DNA from: Spizellomyces punctatus DAOM BR117 | Lineage: Eukaryota | Reading direction: 5' to 3' (one strand) | Assembly (NCBI GenBank): GCA_000182565.2 | Contig: KQ257455.1 | Length of the DNA: 64,000 nt | Shown: positions 40,038-54,204 of the stretch, in pieces | Numbering within the stretch: position 1 is the stretch's first letter | How the letters are laid out: each line of letters opens with the position of its first letter | Position numbers and translations under genes: made by a program | Notes under the pieces: generated by a model | Databases searched by the model: none | Told to the model about the DNA's origin: nothing | What the model saw: only the letters and a program-made list of their open reading frames with translations

Positions 40038-42768
40038 ATGGCGAGCAACGGCGTTGGGGAAGTTTCGCAGAAAATGAAGGACCTTGCTGTAAAGGCTGCG
40101 AATCCAAAGAAACAAAAAGGGGGCGATGCTGCCTCGCTTGAGGTGAGTACGCCGCCATGGACACTGCCTGTCGGCAGCGACGAGCGCTGAACGTTAGGCT
40201 GATCACCGTACCTTCCAACCCGCAAGATCACCCCACCACCGGAGTACATCCAGTGGCGTATCGACATGTTTGAAAGGTTGAAGAAGGAATACGATGAAAA
40301 AGTCTCAAGTAATTGGAGAAATGCATGGTTGTCGTCCAACAAATAGCTGAATACTTATATCCATTTCTGTACGCCCAGAAATGCCGCGTGAAAACATCAA
40401 AATCACCTTGCCCGACGGGAAAGAGATCTCAGGAACGTCGTGGGAAACGTCGCCATTGGATATTGCCAAGTCAATCAGCAAATCTTTATCAGAAAAGGTT
40501 GTGATTGCAAAGGTTGACGGGCAATTGTGGGATTTACCCAGACCGTTGGAGCAATCATGTCAATTGCAACTTCTGACCTTTGACGATGATGAAGGTAGGG
40601 TATGAGTTTTGGTTTTGCTTTCAGTAACGCCTGATGTTTACACGTGCTGCGGTGAACAGGACAGAAAGTCTACTGGCACTCATCTGCTCACGTGCTGGGG
40701 GAAGCTTGCGAACTTCACTACGGATGCCATCTCTGCCTGGGTCCTCCTATTGAGCAAGGCTTCTACTATGAGATGGGCATGGACGGGTATGTTTGGCTCG
40801 GTTGGAGTTTTATACTTGCCTCTATTGACGAACATTCAACGGGTTTCCAGAGCTGTGAATGCTGCTGATTACCCCGCGTTGGAAACCTTAGCCAAAAAGG
40901 CAATTAATGAAAAGCAGCCTTTCGAGCGGCTGGTGGTAGAGAAGGAAACTTTACTCGAAATGTTTAAGCACAACAAGTACAAGCAGCACTTTATCAAAGA
41001 CAAAGTCCCAGATGGCACTTCGACCACCGTCTATAGATGCGGCCCATTGATCGATCTTTGCGTCGGACCGCATATCCCGCACACGGGGCGTATCAAGGCT
41101 TTTGCCGTCACTAAGGTAGAGAATAAACGCGTAATTTACCATCCTCGACAGCAGTGAACTCACCTCCCAAGTATTCAGAACTCGGCGTCTTATTTCCTGG
41201 CCGATGCGAAGAATGATTCTCTCCAGCGTGTTTACGGTATCTCATTCCCGGACAACAAGCAAATGAAAGAGTACAAGGAATTCATGGAAGAAGCGGCGAA
41301 GCGGGATCACCGTAAGATTGGCCAGGTAGATGATATACGATATTTGAACATAAAGGGTTTGGCGTCTCACTTACGCACTTTTTTCTCACGGTTTTAGGAG
41401 CAAGAACTTTTCTTCTTTGACGACCTTAGCCCAGGAAGTTGCTTCTTTCTCCCAGCTGGTGCCAAAATCTACAACAAACTCATGGAACTTCAAAAGGTGA
41501 GGAACTTACAAAGAGATTAGATCAGCTCTGTCGCTAATATTGACCTTTGGAAAGGGCGAATACCGAAGACGTGGATTCCAAGAAGTCATCACCCCGAATA
41601 TGTACAATACGAAACTATGGGAAACTAGTGGTCACTGGGCGAACTACTCGGTAAAATAGCTCCACTACTTCACATATATTGACTCCGTTCTCATCTCATA
41701 TGCTTTGTAGGAGGACATGTTCGTTCTTGATGTCGAGAAGGAGAAATGGGCTTTGAAGCCAATGAACTGCCCAGGGCACTGCGTGATGTTCAAGCACCGA
41801 GAGCGATCTTACCGTGAGCTACCATTGCGTTTGGCCGACTTTGGTGTGCTGCACAGAAACGAAGCATCGGGAGCTCTGTCGGGATTAACTCGTGTCCGAC
41901 GATTCCAGCAGGATGATGCTCACATTTTCTGTACAATAAGCCAGGTAGAACTGCTAGGTCAATTCGGAAGTGGATAATGTTTTGGTGCTCATGCTTCCTC
42001 TATCAGCTTGGAGACGAAATCGACGGTTGCCTAGAGTTTCTGCAACACATTTATGGTATTTTTAACTTTGAGTTCTACTTGAAGCTTTCCACCCGCCCGG
42101 AGAAGTATCTGGGAGATGTTGAAACCTGGGACAAGGCGGAGAAAATCTTGGAGGAGGCTCTCGTTAAGTTTGGTAAAAAGTGGGAGTTAAATCCGGGAGA
42201 TGGTGCGTTCTACGGTCCCAAGATTGATATCGTCATGACGGACGCGCTTCGTCGAAAGCATCAATGCGCTACGTTGCAGCTCGACTTCCAACTTCCTCAA
42301 CGTTTTGAACTGCAGTACCGCTCTAAAGACATGACATATGAGCGGCCTGTGATGATCCACCGTGCTATCCTGGGTTCCGTTGAGAGATTCATTGCCATTT
42401 TGACCGAGAATTTCGCTGGCAAGTGGCCGTTCTGGCTGTCACCAAAGCAGGTGATGGTCATTCCTGTCGCTCCAAAGTATAATGATTACGCGGCCGAAGT
42501 AGCACAGCTGCTGCATGTGAAGGGATTAAATGCGGAGGCAGATCTAAGTGAATTCACTCTTAAGAAGAAGATTGTTCGGGCGGATCTAATGGCCCGGTAT
42601 AACTTCATCTTTGTTGTCGGTGAGGAAGAACAGGCTGCGCGGACTGTAAACTGCCGTAATCGGGACGATCGTGAGCTCGGAGGGAAAGGGCAGGTGGTGC
42701 CTTTGGATGAAGTGATTCCTAAGCTCCTAGCACTAGAGGAAAGCAAGTCGCTAAACCAGATCATCTAG
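40038..42768 (+). CDS. THS1: Threonyl-tRNA synthetase, cytosolic, multi-exon
   Basis: TGS domain, [58 protein letters not shown]. Confidence 0.97.
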
Positions 42769-42974
42769 ACCAATGCAGCGATGGAATTCGATACATTGTG
42801 ATGATATTTGAAGATAGTTTTGATTGTTTACATAGAAAAGAAAGAGTACGCGTACTACTGGTCCGCCGTTGTTCAATCGCCTTCGATCTCCGTTTACTTT
42901 TCGCGGGCGTTGTGCCATTATTTACATGACCGACCGATATTTACAAAGTAAGAGGACTTGTGACGCCGTCGGTA

Positions 42975-43738
42975 TTAGCTACCAGCCCCATCATCATCTG
43001 TTACAAGCGATTTCTGTCGAGCCAGGAAATCTCTTGTATCTCTGATTTCCCTTAGTATTTCCGCTTTTTTTCGCCAGACACATGGAAGATGCTGTCAGCT
43101 GATGTCTACTAAAGATTCGATCGATCGCTATCCTACCAGCTTCGTCCACCGCTTCCTGAAGTTCTATCGTTGCCGCTTTACTCTCTTCGTTTAAATCCCG
43201 CAATCGCGCGTTCTAAAAGGGACGCCAATGAAAGTCAGTTTACAAGGACACTGTGACGCGATCTACAAACGCTAACCTGGTCGTCTTGGGTCATATTAAT
43301 CGCGGGTAGATTATCGATGAGGTAGTCCATAGCCTTAACTGAGAGAATCATATCTTTTGCAGTTTCCTGGATAAAGGCTAATTGACGCTAAGAGTCAGAA
43401 AAGGTTAACAGCGCCAGCTCATAACGTTTCAACCTGTCTTATTTTGTTGGCTGCTGCGGAGTTGTTCCTCTGCGTGCGATACTCGGTTAAGACACCGCAA
43501 TCAATATCAAAAACAACAAGATTGCATTGCATGTACCTGAAAGGAAGGTTACTGGAGTGTTGAGATCTACAGCAACTGGCGGTGTCTCGAATTGCAACCT
43601 CCCCAGCGCCTTAGCAAAGTCTTGAACTGTCTACAATATACAAGTTTCGCCGTCAGTAAGAACGCACAAGCTCTCTCTGAACTGTCACAGACATAGTACC
43701 TTGTCTAGGAGCTCCTGTAGTTGTGATACCCGATCCAT
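42975..43738 (-). CDS. MED21: Mediator subunit Med21/Srb7, multi-exon
   Basis: MDRVSQLQELLDK start, DMDYLIDNLPAI-like segment, and coiled coil LRDLNEESKAATIELQEAVDEA. Confidence 0.75.
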
Positions 43739-44004
43739 CTTGGCGGTGTTTGGCAACTCTAGCAAACCAATGGCGATCACGTCAGATGAGGAGATTGGAA
43801 CCGGATAACATTTACCTTATAATGCATTCAATCCAAACAACACCGATCAGCTTGAAGCTTACATGACCTTGTCACTTTCTCTTACCGCCGACACCATCTT
43901 GAACGAGATCGCTTATTTACAGGCCCTTCCAGCCGCACACACATCACAATCTCCATTATTTGTGAAGGAAAGGTTCATTTACGCTGGCTCTCGTACGCCC
44001 TTCT

Positions 44005-47000
44005 ATGATCGTGGAGCGCAAGCCCCTTAGTCTTCCTCCACCGGTCGTCTTTGCTCCTAGGCCAATTCACACGACACTACAGAATGCTCACAGTGTAGTT
44101 CCCCCACCACTTCCACCCACTCCTCCGCCGCCTCCATTTGATCCCTCAGCTCCGCTCCCTTCCTTAAATGATATAAAGCAGGGCGAGCATGCCGCGTCGC
44201 CCGCCGATGCCACAGAAGGGTTGACCGAGGATACGCAGCTGTTAAATGGAACGTCGACTTCAACGTTAACTGATACATCTGATTTGAAATCACGACTTTT
44301 ACGGGCCAGAGAGAATTCGTTGAGAAAGATGCATGGTGGCGAACCACCAAGGAAGGTAATGTGGTGAATTTGTTTATGCTCTGCTGCGGTCCTTGGTTTT
44401 CAGACATAAGGCTTCGAATCTACTTCAAACGAGAATCCTTGTGTTAAATAGCGTTTGATGACGGTTTTAGCCGCCGCAGTACGATTTTATATATGCCGAT
44501 CATGATTCTATCGAAAATGAAATCAATGAATTCTACAATTATCAAGACAAAGCACACATCCTGGAAGGGAAAGTCCTTTTTCATTCGGATTTTGCTAGTG
44601 GTATGGGAAAATGGTGTGCCTGCTTCTCAAGAACTGTCTGTAGCAGCCGCTTATTACGTTCGCGTTCTATCAGAGTGGGCATCCGCAAGCGCCAAAGTCC
44701 GACGCGACTACATATCATTACTGCTCGAAAGACTCGAGCTCAGAGACCCGGAAGAGCGCTATACGGCCGCGAAGAAGCTTCTTTACATTGCCCAAGGTAC
44801 GGGAGTGGATGTGTGAGAAAATGATCTGGCTTCGCATTAACCACCACACGTAGGTGTTTTTGCTGAAACATCAGGGCAAGAAGAACAGCTGCGCAATATC
44901 AGAGAGTACAATAAGCTGCTTTTTGAACTGGGTGCCTTAGAATATTACTTTGGAGCTGTGAAAGTGGTCTCGAATACGCTTGATGTAATCTCGCGAGTAA
45001 CCGACCCACAAGTGACAGCAGCTGAAAGACAAGTCGCCATGGACCTAGCAAACGGAGAGACCTCTGTGTACCTTAGTCTTCTGTGCCTCATGGTTGAGGT
45101 GAATGCAAAAGATCCGAGATTGGCTAATGAACTCAGTACGTATGGCGGTAGTAATGTATAACATCGGACCCAAACTTATCGACATGATCACGTATCGTGT
45201 AGTGGATGTGAATCCAACAATGGCTGGGTATCTTTTTAGCTTGGTTGCCCAATTGGCGGAGGGTAACCGCAAGCATTATCCCGTCAAAAAGGTATGATAT
45301 GTTGGGTTGTGGAACGACCAGGGTCGATCATTACTGAACATTTCTTGCTCCAGCTCTTGTTATTGTTGTGGAAAGTGCTGCTTTGTTCGGTTGGGGACAC
45401 GAAACGTTTGAAGGACTTGAAGAACGCTTCACGGGCAATAGAAGGCCTACCCCGCTCACCATCAGACAGTAGGTATCGTGTGAGAGGCTTTCTTTTGTAC
45501 TTCATGAATATGCTCACCATAAACAGATGTTTTTCTAAAGTCAACGCCCCAGGATTACCACAATTACCATCTTATCACCGCAACCAGATACCCCACATAT
45601 GTCACACCCAGCGTAGAGTCAATATCTCCAGCGGGAGTGCGATTGGCGGAGCCTCTACCCACTAGTATTCGACGACAATTGCAGCAGCCACCCCTAATTC
45701 AGCCCTTTACCGATGCAAATGAACTTCTTCCACGTGCTTTTCAGGAAAGCGTTGAGCTATATCGCAAGCATAACTACATCAGCCTATCTTCTGTACAAAT
45801 TGCCAAAGAGAAAGCTCGTATGGAAAGGGAAGATCTCAGAAAGCAGAGGGATGATGATGACACAGGAAATCCGGATATAATGGATGGAATGGAAGACGAC
45901 TCGATAAGTCATCTTGGCAGCGAGCGTAAACGGGACGTACAAGCAATGCGACCTGGGGTTAGGGGCGGGGGAAAGAGAGCTAGGAAAGAAGATTCTGCAG
46001 GACTCAAACGGGTTGAATTGCTATACGTGAGTATGCCTATTTTTTGGATACAGTTCAAAGCCGTGGCTCATCTCATGGTTTCTTGATATCAGCGTCATAT
46101 CTTACCAAATATGGGGACGTACATTGGAATGCTTATTCGCCTCCTCTATTACGTTAATCTCGGTAATATAGTAAACTCTTCCGGAGCACCTGGGAAGCAA
46201 GAGGGCGAAGGAACCAATATCAACGGAACTGGTAAAGACACGAATCCCTCGCTACCTTCGCCCGATGCGGGTAAAAGCTCTTGGACTACGGACATCCCGC
46301 TCTCGCAAATGACGATAGAGCAGAAACAGGAGTATTTTGACCGTGTGGATCTTAACCGGCATAAGGAAGTGGTTACAAAGGCCGTGTCTGCAATTTTGTT
46401 ATTGTTGCTGAAAGCTGCCAAGTGTCACCGTAAGTGTGCCAATGAGTGAACCCGACGTACCCAAGTGTTGTTTTGACCACAGTCTATCTACAGACGCCCT
46501 CAAATTTGAATACATCGCACAGCTTTTGGTCGATAATAACTGTGCCATTTTGATCCTCAAGATGCTCAGTACATGGTTGCAGAATCCTCCCGCGCCCTCA
46601 CCAACGCACTCAGACCATGATGCAAGTGGATGGCCTGATGCGCCAAGTTCTGGATCGAGGGCCCAGCAACCCCCATATGGAATGGCTTCAGGCTGGCTGT
46701 CAGCTAGAGATGAACCGGCGGAATTGAAGTAAGCACGACCTTCAAATTTATATAGCTGATAGCGGTTGAACTTACACATTCGGTGCGTCAGTTTTTTCCA
46801 TTTCTGCCAAGCAAACAAGGAGATCGACAGGGCCACTTCCGCGGACGTAGATGCCATGGATGTGTCGAGCGATGGTCAATTGAGCGCCGCCTCCACTGCA
46901 CAGAATGGCATAGATTCTTCGGACAGCACCCACAACTTATCAACGTCAAACTCTCGTAGAGCATCAGTTTCTACGGACAGAAGAACCCCTTCTTGCTTCC

Positions 47001-48270
47001 GCAATTTCTTCACCGCAATCAGTCTACTTCGCATCCTGCAAAAGCTCACAAAATCTAAGACGCATCGTGTATTAGCCTTGGTGCAATGGAAGGCCTCCGC
47101 TGTTTTAAAGCGAGTCATGAAAGTCCATCACGTTGGATTACAGCTTTATGCCTTGAAACTCTTGAAAAGTCAAATTCCATTTTTGGGAAAGAAGTGGCGA
47201 TCAAGTGAGTTCTTATTTCTGTAAAGTGGCGATCGGCTCCAGTCCTCATATATGGTTGGATGCTGTCACTAGGTAACATGAAGGTCATTACAGCTATCTA
47301 CATGCATTTGCGTCCCTATTTAAAGGATGATTTTCTCTCTGGTGATGTGGACGTGGATGTCGACGAGGCATTGGTAAAATCATCCGATCTACAGATTCTT
47401 TTCCTCTATCCGGCTAATCCCTATTTCTAGGCACAAGAGCAGGGCCTGCGTCTTTTGATCTCATCCTACCATGAAAATCGCTACGGAGGTCTGTTCTCAA
47501 GTAGCGCTCCGACGCCTGGGGACGGGGAGGACAGCGATTCGCATGTGGACGAACTCGATCTGATTCTATCCCTCTCGCGCCGTGTCAGCTACGATGATGG
47601 GGATACTTCTCATGTGCGCTTTATAACCTCCGGTGTCCGAAATCCTGCTTACCATGATCATTTGGATTTGGACGTGAATTTCATGGAAAACTATGAGGAA
47701 TGGCTGCGGCACGAGGTGTATGAGCCAGATTCGACTGGTTCAAATGCTCTGTGGAATACCGGTATCGACGTGTTTCGGTCATCACCTCCAAATGGTGCGA
47801 ATGGTGATGTCAGCCCCGCGGATCTGCCTTCTATCAGACCCCGCTCGCTGTTTTCTGCAACACAGCGGTTCAGCAAGGAAATGCTCAGCGATTATTATGA
47901 TGATACGGAATGGACATGGGACGAAGATGATGGAGTGTTGGGAATTGGCACAGGTGTAAGTATGTGGGATGATCATGCGGACGGTCTTTTATCTCCCGAG
48001 AACTTTGAAGATGGCGAAATGGCGAATGGCTGGAAATGGCATACCGGAGTCAACGGAAGTACGGAAGGTTCCGAGGCAAGCTCCGACAGTGGCATCGGCA
48101 GCTGGGAGGAGGAAGATGGAGAACGTAATCGCAAGCAGCCTGGAGCGCAGGAGGACAATTACTATTGGCCCGATGAACTGCCAGTACAAGATGCATATGT
48201 AGATGCCTTTGATCACACCAACTCAGACAGTGCTCCCGAAGACACAATGGATGTGGATGGATTGACTTAA
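44005..48270 (+). CDS. FAR11: STRIPAK subunit Far11/STRIP (N1221 + DUF3402), multi-exon
   Basis: YADHDSIENEINEFY, KLLYIAQG, YPVKKLLLLLWK, RHKEVVTKAVSAILLLLLK, RNFF...LRILQKLTK, LYALKLLKSQIPFLGKKWRS. Confidence 0.93.
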
Positions 48271-48547
48271 GTAGCCAGGACTTTGATATCTGACGGCGAT
48301 TTTTGTTTGTATGTATACCCAGAAAGTGAGTTGTAAAAAGTAGAAACACTAGAAAGATCTCGCTCGACAACGAAGTCGGCTTTCCGCAGAGGTTTTGCCA
48401 GAGCATGATGTTTGCTGCAATAGTCCTCCTATCCAAATTCTAATCCCTGAGCTCGTCTCGTATTACCTAGTCTATTTACTATATGCAAGTTAGATACAAT
48501 GGAGTTACAGCTTCACGTCCAGATTGAGCCTTGTCTACTTTTTGCGT

Positions 48548-49268
48548 TCACCCCTTTGCAAAATCCGTCAATCCACGGTATTTCTCTTCTAGTACATAGT
48601 CTGGTCGGGATTTGAACAAGTACTTATAGCGCACTATTGTAACAACATCATACTCTGCTTGCCCCAACGCTTCAGTGGCTTGATGGGAATCAGTCTCGCC
48701 TACAAGTCCTCCTGGTCGCAGATCGGCGGTGGCTTCACTATAGTTATTTGGTTGATCTGCAAGTGAGACATTCTCTACCGAGAGCGATGGGTCGGAGGCA
48801 ATGGAGGATAGGGAGAGGTTTAGATGGACAGGTGGAGGGAGGGAGGGGAAAGAATCTGATTGGGAGGTTATCGACGGGTCCGCACTGGGTTCTATTCCAT
48901 CCATGGTATCTAGGACACCGTCCGGCGGTTGCATTCCTCCCATCGTTCGACGTTTACGAATCAAAGCGAGCGGCTTTTTGAGTTCTACACGTTGACCTTC
49001 AAGCTTGTGGTTGGCAATGTAAAGATATGGTATTCCCTGGAACAAGCGGAAATTGTCAGTTGCCCTGGGCAGTATCAGGGTAAGAATTGGACTTATGAAC
49101 TCGCACATTGGCTTTCAACTCTATTTTGCCGAGTTCCAGACCCGCCATGTCGTCAGAGCCGTCAGCAGCTAGGGTGCCCTGTAGTTCGATCATTATCCAG
49201 TCGTTTGGTGATGCGCCGTTTGTGGATTGCGGATGCAATTGCGTCGCAGGAATTACGATCTGGACCAT
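48548..49268 (-). CDS. CTF8: Chromosome transmission fidelity protein 8 (Ctf18-RFC subunit), 2 exons
   Basis: WIMIELQGTL, LYIANHKLEGQRVELKKPLALI, YDVVTIVRYKYLFKSRP. Confidence 0.88.
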
Positions 49269-49772
49269 TTTGCATGTGAATGTGGTGAGATTGGCGTTTT
49301 TTAGACCTTTTCCTAGCCAATGATGGTCTGTGAGCAACAATTGCGATACGGTAGCGATCCTTCTGCACTTGTGCCTCGTTACAGTGTAAATGTTGGAAAG
49401 AGCATTATGCTCAACAAATGCGACACGTTCGGACATGGGCATGTCGCACCGAGTTCGGACCTCTTATTATCTTGCAAGATTGTCACTACAGACTTTTATA
49501 ACGGATGTTGCATGATATACCATTGTCAAGAGGAAAAACAACAATTGCTCGGGCATATCAATGCTTTCCAATATGACCGTCGTGGCTTTCCATCTTAACC
49601 GCCGTGGGTGTTTAAGTTTGTGCAGCACGACGAAGCTTCCCGTTTAAACGAGCGATCTTTAAATTTTTTGGTGCGCTCTCCCGACTCCAGCTTTCTCGTT
49701 TACTTTTTGTTGCGTGCCAGTCAAACGACACCAGGCTTTTAAATAATAAAACCATCGTGTACCAGAGGAAAT

Positions 49773-51250
49773 ATGCCGGAATACGAAAAGTTGAGGCCTC
49801 TCTCCAACATTAAGTGGCGCACAGTTTTCTGGGCAGTCATACTGGCTTATTTTGTGAATAATGTACGCACTTCTCGTAGAGAAGGCCACTGTTGAGAGCT
49901 TTGATGTTTTCTCGCCCTGTACATATCACTAACTTGCAGACCTCGTATCCTCGGGACGCAAGGTTTTGTGGCCAAAGATAGTCATATCAGGGTTGCGGTA
50001 CACTATCAAAAACGTCCGTCCAGGGGAGTGTCACAAAGTGAAAGGTATAGCAGATCATATAGGCCATCAGTGCTCGTTGGTGATGGACTCCTGGCACACA
50101 CGGAACTGAGTCGTCTCCTTTTGGTTCAGGGCTGGTAAATTGTGAGGATGTTGTCATAGATCGATCAAGCGGAATAGCAATCCTGTCCTGCGACTCGAAC
50201 CGTGAGTACATATCCTTGTAGTTTGCGCAAATGAGAAGACCAAACGGCAGTTGTAGGTCGCCAATGGAATCCGGTCATGGGTATCGTGCCAAAAGGGGGA
50301 ATTCAAAAAAGTGGAGAACTATACGCATACGACGTAAACGTTAGTTTTTAAATGTGCACGGCCTTTCTTACAAGAAGTAACTACAACAATAATCTCAGGA
50401 ACCAAGTCACAAACCGCAACGACTCTCTACTCCGGACTTTGTCAGAGAGTTCCACCCACTCGGACTTTCCCTGTATACCCTTCCCGATAAAACGACACTT
50501 CTCTACGCCATTAACTTGGCAAATGTCGGGTTTTCCATTGAGATCTTCTCGGTTCATCTACATAACGCGACACTCAAGCATGAACGAACGATCTCACATC
50601 CACTCATCACAACTCCGAACAGTATCACCGTCGTCAATGATAGCACCTTTTACGTGACCAACGATCATGGATTCCCAAGCGGCTTTCTTCATGCTCTCGA
50701 AACGTATTTGGGGCTCCCGCTCTCCAATGTTGTCTACTATTCGGATGGGCAAGCTAGCGTCGTTGCTACCGGACTGGTTCACGCAAACGGAATTACACTG
50801 GATCATGAAAAGAAGCGCATGTATGTGTCAGAGTCATTGGCCGGTCGAGTAAGCGTCTACCGTGTTGATCGGAGCGGTAGTCTGGAGCACGACAGTAGTG
50901 TGGATGTTGGCTTCGTGACCGACAATTTGGACTTGGATCCGGCAACGGGTGATGTGACCATTGCTGGGCATCCAAAGCCGCTAGCACTCGTAGCGTTTGC
51001 AAAATGGGGAGCTGGTCCAAGTGGTAGCATTGTGAAACGAATCAAGGAGCGCAGTATCAACGATGGAAAGGTGGCTAAGGATGATCAGAACAACTGGGAT
51101 GTCCAGACAGTTTTTGAGGATGATGGCAATTTTCACCCTGCAAGTTCCACTGGGGCGTTTGTCAAGCGCAAGGATGGTACGACGAGAATGATCATGACAA
51201 GCTTGTATGGAGAAGACGCATTGACGGATTGTAGTACAGATAATCTGTAG
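49773..51250 (+). CDS. Paraoxonase/arylesterase-like six-bladed beta-propeller lactonase, multi-exon
   Basis: N-terminal hydrophobic anchor, NCEDV, FHPLG, IEIF, TPNSI...FYVTNDH, ANGI, TDNL...AGHP. Confidence 0.8.
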
Positions 51251-51965
51251 TTCATTTGCTTGCCCACAATTGTATTTACATATCGCGAAACAAAAGGTTT
51301 AATGTGCAAGAAGCAACAGCGGAGCCAGTAGTTGGCGCCCTTCAAACTTTTTCAACGAATGTATGCCTTTTTCCGCATGCTAGTCAAAGCATTTTCTATG
51401 GCAGTATTGAGCCTTTTTAGTGAGCCATTGGTGGAGACGGTGTCGAGCACCGCATAGTCCTACAATTTGAATGGATACAGAGTAGATACCTAGTAGCACG
51501 CAGGACATCACCGAGATAAGGAGTAACATGCACTGCTGGCTATTCTGCGATTGCCCACAAACGTCATGGGGTAAGCATCTAGGTACAGCTTGCCGATGAA
51601 ACGCATAGGAGTCTTTGTCTATGAGTGATTTGCATACCTGACCTTGCAGTAGACTATCGTATTCTTGGGCAGAGCAAGTACTTGACATCTTGTGCTGTCT
51701 GTGCGTACGATATTCGTCTTCATCTCGTTTGGGGAGGACCGTGGGAAAATCAAGATAAACAAATGACTCGCTTCACGCGTTTACATGATCTTGACTCGCG
51801 CGCCGTGTGCAAGGGGAACGAACGCACGCCAGGAGGTCTGCCAGGAGGTGGAAACGACGACGATGATTGGGCGTTCATGGCGTGCTCAGAAGAATGACGT
51901 ACGCAGGATACGGAATCTTCCGCTGAGAATTTCGAAATGCAAAAAAAAGCGCAGTCCCCCTGGGT

Positions 51966-51973
51966 TATAAAAA
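51966..51973 (+). promoter_or_regulatory. TATA box upstream of a structured non-coding segment
   Basis: TATAAAAA in an intergenic region, about 40 nt before the structured segment. Confidence 0.5.
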
Positions 51974-52006
51974 GGCACCCTCTCTCGCATCCCCCCCACT
52001 CGCTCT

Positions 52007-52273
52007 TCAGTACTCTCACCTTGGGACGTTGGCGTTAAACTCAACTCAGTCGAAAAGTCTTAACCGGATAACTTTAAAGGCCGTTGTAGTAATGCAACGT
52101 GATACCTTTTTGAGGTGGGCGCCTGGGACTGATCGTGTGCGCGCGCCAGAAATGGTAGGAGCAACGACTCGCCGGAGCCTTCGGGAGATGATGGCATCCT
52201 CTTCGGAGGAAGGGCCTGTGATAAAGGGTGAAAAGGATGAAAATGAGAGACTGATATTTTCTAGAGTACATTC
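52007..52273 (+). ncRNA. Candidate structured ncRNA, class unassigned
   Basis: End-to-end pairing GTACTCT/AGAGTAC, a GNRA hairpin CGTTGTA-GTAA-TGCAACG, two cUUCGg hairpins, nested AGGCC/GGCCT, an ACA-TTC 3' end and an upstream TATA. Confidence 0.5.
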
Positions 52274-52629
52274 AAAGTATCCTTGTGGTTTAGACATGAA
52301 AACAAATATCAAGCAAGGATCGAAGCAAACATAGCTCGGACGAGAAGTGCGATTGCTAGGCTCTCAGCAATAACCCAGTTTTGCCTGACTGGTTCAGTCT
52401 TTTTGTTACAGTTAATGCACCTGTCGTAGCATTTCCGGGAACTCATGAGGACTGAATTGGATTGGAATGACAATGACAGGTTAACTTGTTGCACAATCAA
52501 AAGACGTTGGTCTTGTTGGCCATGCAAACAGGTACGTTTACGCCAGCATGTTAACAAAAGCACATTGATGCTAAATCCAATTCTATGGTTTTAGACATGT
52601 CTATATCCTAGCGCAAAGAAATTGTCCGA

Positions 52630-54204
52630 TTAAGAGTAACATGCACTGCCATCGCTATTCCATGGTCCGCAAACCTCGTCGTTTGGAGTCGGCTGTCTGT
52701 ACATGCTATTCTTTGCAAAACCGAGACACTCATCAACGCGGGCGAATTTATAGTTCTTTGATAAAAAGTACTCGATGGCTTGCTGGGCGAGAGGTTTGAC
52801 AGGGGGAACCTGACTAGCAAGCTGGCCCTGGCCCTTGGGACGGAAGTCGGCTGTAGTGTTCCATACGTCATGATTCAAGGTGATAAAACGAGAAGTAGCC
52901 GCGGTCGAACCAGCCGTCTGCGTTTGGAATTCCTTTTGCATATCGGCGACCTGAGCTGCTATTGTAGCACCGTGAACAAAAGGGTTCCAGTCGACTGGAT
53001 CAAGATTCCAGGATACGATGGCTCCGGTGGTTTTCAGCGTGGTATCGGTAGAATAACCAAGTCCCCGCAGAATCTTTAGTGACGTCTCATCATAATCGCC
53101 ATACGGTGGCCGCATGCACCTGGAAATTTGAATATTTAGTCGCCATTTTCAAATAGTGCCTTTATCTCCATGCTAGACCAAGACGTACGTTGGGATAGTT
53201 CCGAGAGTTTCCCTAAATGCATGATTCATTTTTGTCATTTCGTAAGTAATGTTGTACTGGTCAGAGATGCTCGAGAGAAGGTCAATGTGCGAAAAGGTGT
53301 GACTGCAAATCTAGAAAATCGTATCTCGTTTAGGGCAAGCGATCAGACAATGTCAAAGTTGGGAAGGGCAAACCTGATGTCCAGTATCAAATGCCTTTTT
53401 GACAACATCCTTCAGAGCAAATATGCCCGGCAGAGGGTTCTTTGTGTCTATATTCTTCCAATTGAGACCATTGAGGAAGAAAGTGACTTTGACATTCTTG
53501 GAGTTCAAGTAGTCAAGTAACCCCGAGGTGAGCACAGATGGTCCATCATCAAATGTCAATGCGATAACGCCACTCTTTGCACACTGAGTATACACTTTGG
53601 GAAGCTTTCCGTCATCGCAACGACCCCACGCGGATTGGCAACCTTGGCCACAGTGCTCGGATGTCACTCCTGCCCAGCCCCATTGACTGCAACAAAGACC
53701 CGGAGCAGCACGATGGTTCACGTCGGGTCCACATGCTTGGTCGATGTACGCTAGGGGGACGCTTTGCCGGCGATTGTGAGGTCTGTTGGTCGAACCTCCA
53801 AAACCCTGACCCGGTGGGATTGCTATGCCAATACCCGAGGCAGCTTTCTTGGCAGCTTCCCTGATCTGGTCCTTGTTCGCCCCCCTGTTGGGGCCAACAC
53901 GAGCGGGGGAAAGAGGATTGTTGACTAGTTTCTCGGAAGGAATATTCGGTTGACCCGTTTGGACCTGATTGAGACCGCCAGTATGAACAGGTGGTCCGGC
54001 ATTATCTGTAACCTGGATTCACAAAAAAAAGTGTACAATGGGACATGGAGTGGACGATGCGCCATTAGATCATGTATAGACAGGGTGTAAAGGAGGAGGG
54101 GATTGGAAAACCATTCTTACAGTTGGTTCTTGTGGAGCAGGCAGAGCTTGGACGGATAGGACGACAAATCCGCACAAACTCAAAAGTAGTCGTTGAAGCA
54201 ACAT
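52630..54204 (-). CDS. Secreted chitin/polysaccharide deacetylase (CE4/NodB) with a hevein-type CBM18 domain, multi-exon
   Basis: Signal peptide MLLQRLLLSLCGFVVLSVQA, P/Q-rich linker, CCSQWGWAGVTSEHCGQGCQSAWGRC (CBM18), TFDDGP, HTFSH, RPPYG, LNHD. Confidence 0.9.

Noticed and set aside
52007-52273. Assignment of the structured segment as RNase P/MRP, U3 or snR30
   Set aside because: CR-IV/CR-V, U3 box A and snR30 m1/m2 consensus motifs are not properly matched, so it is left unassigned.
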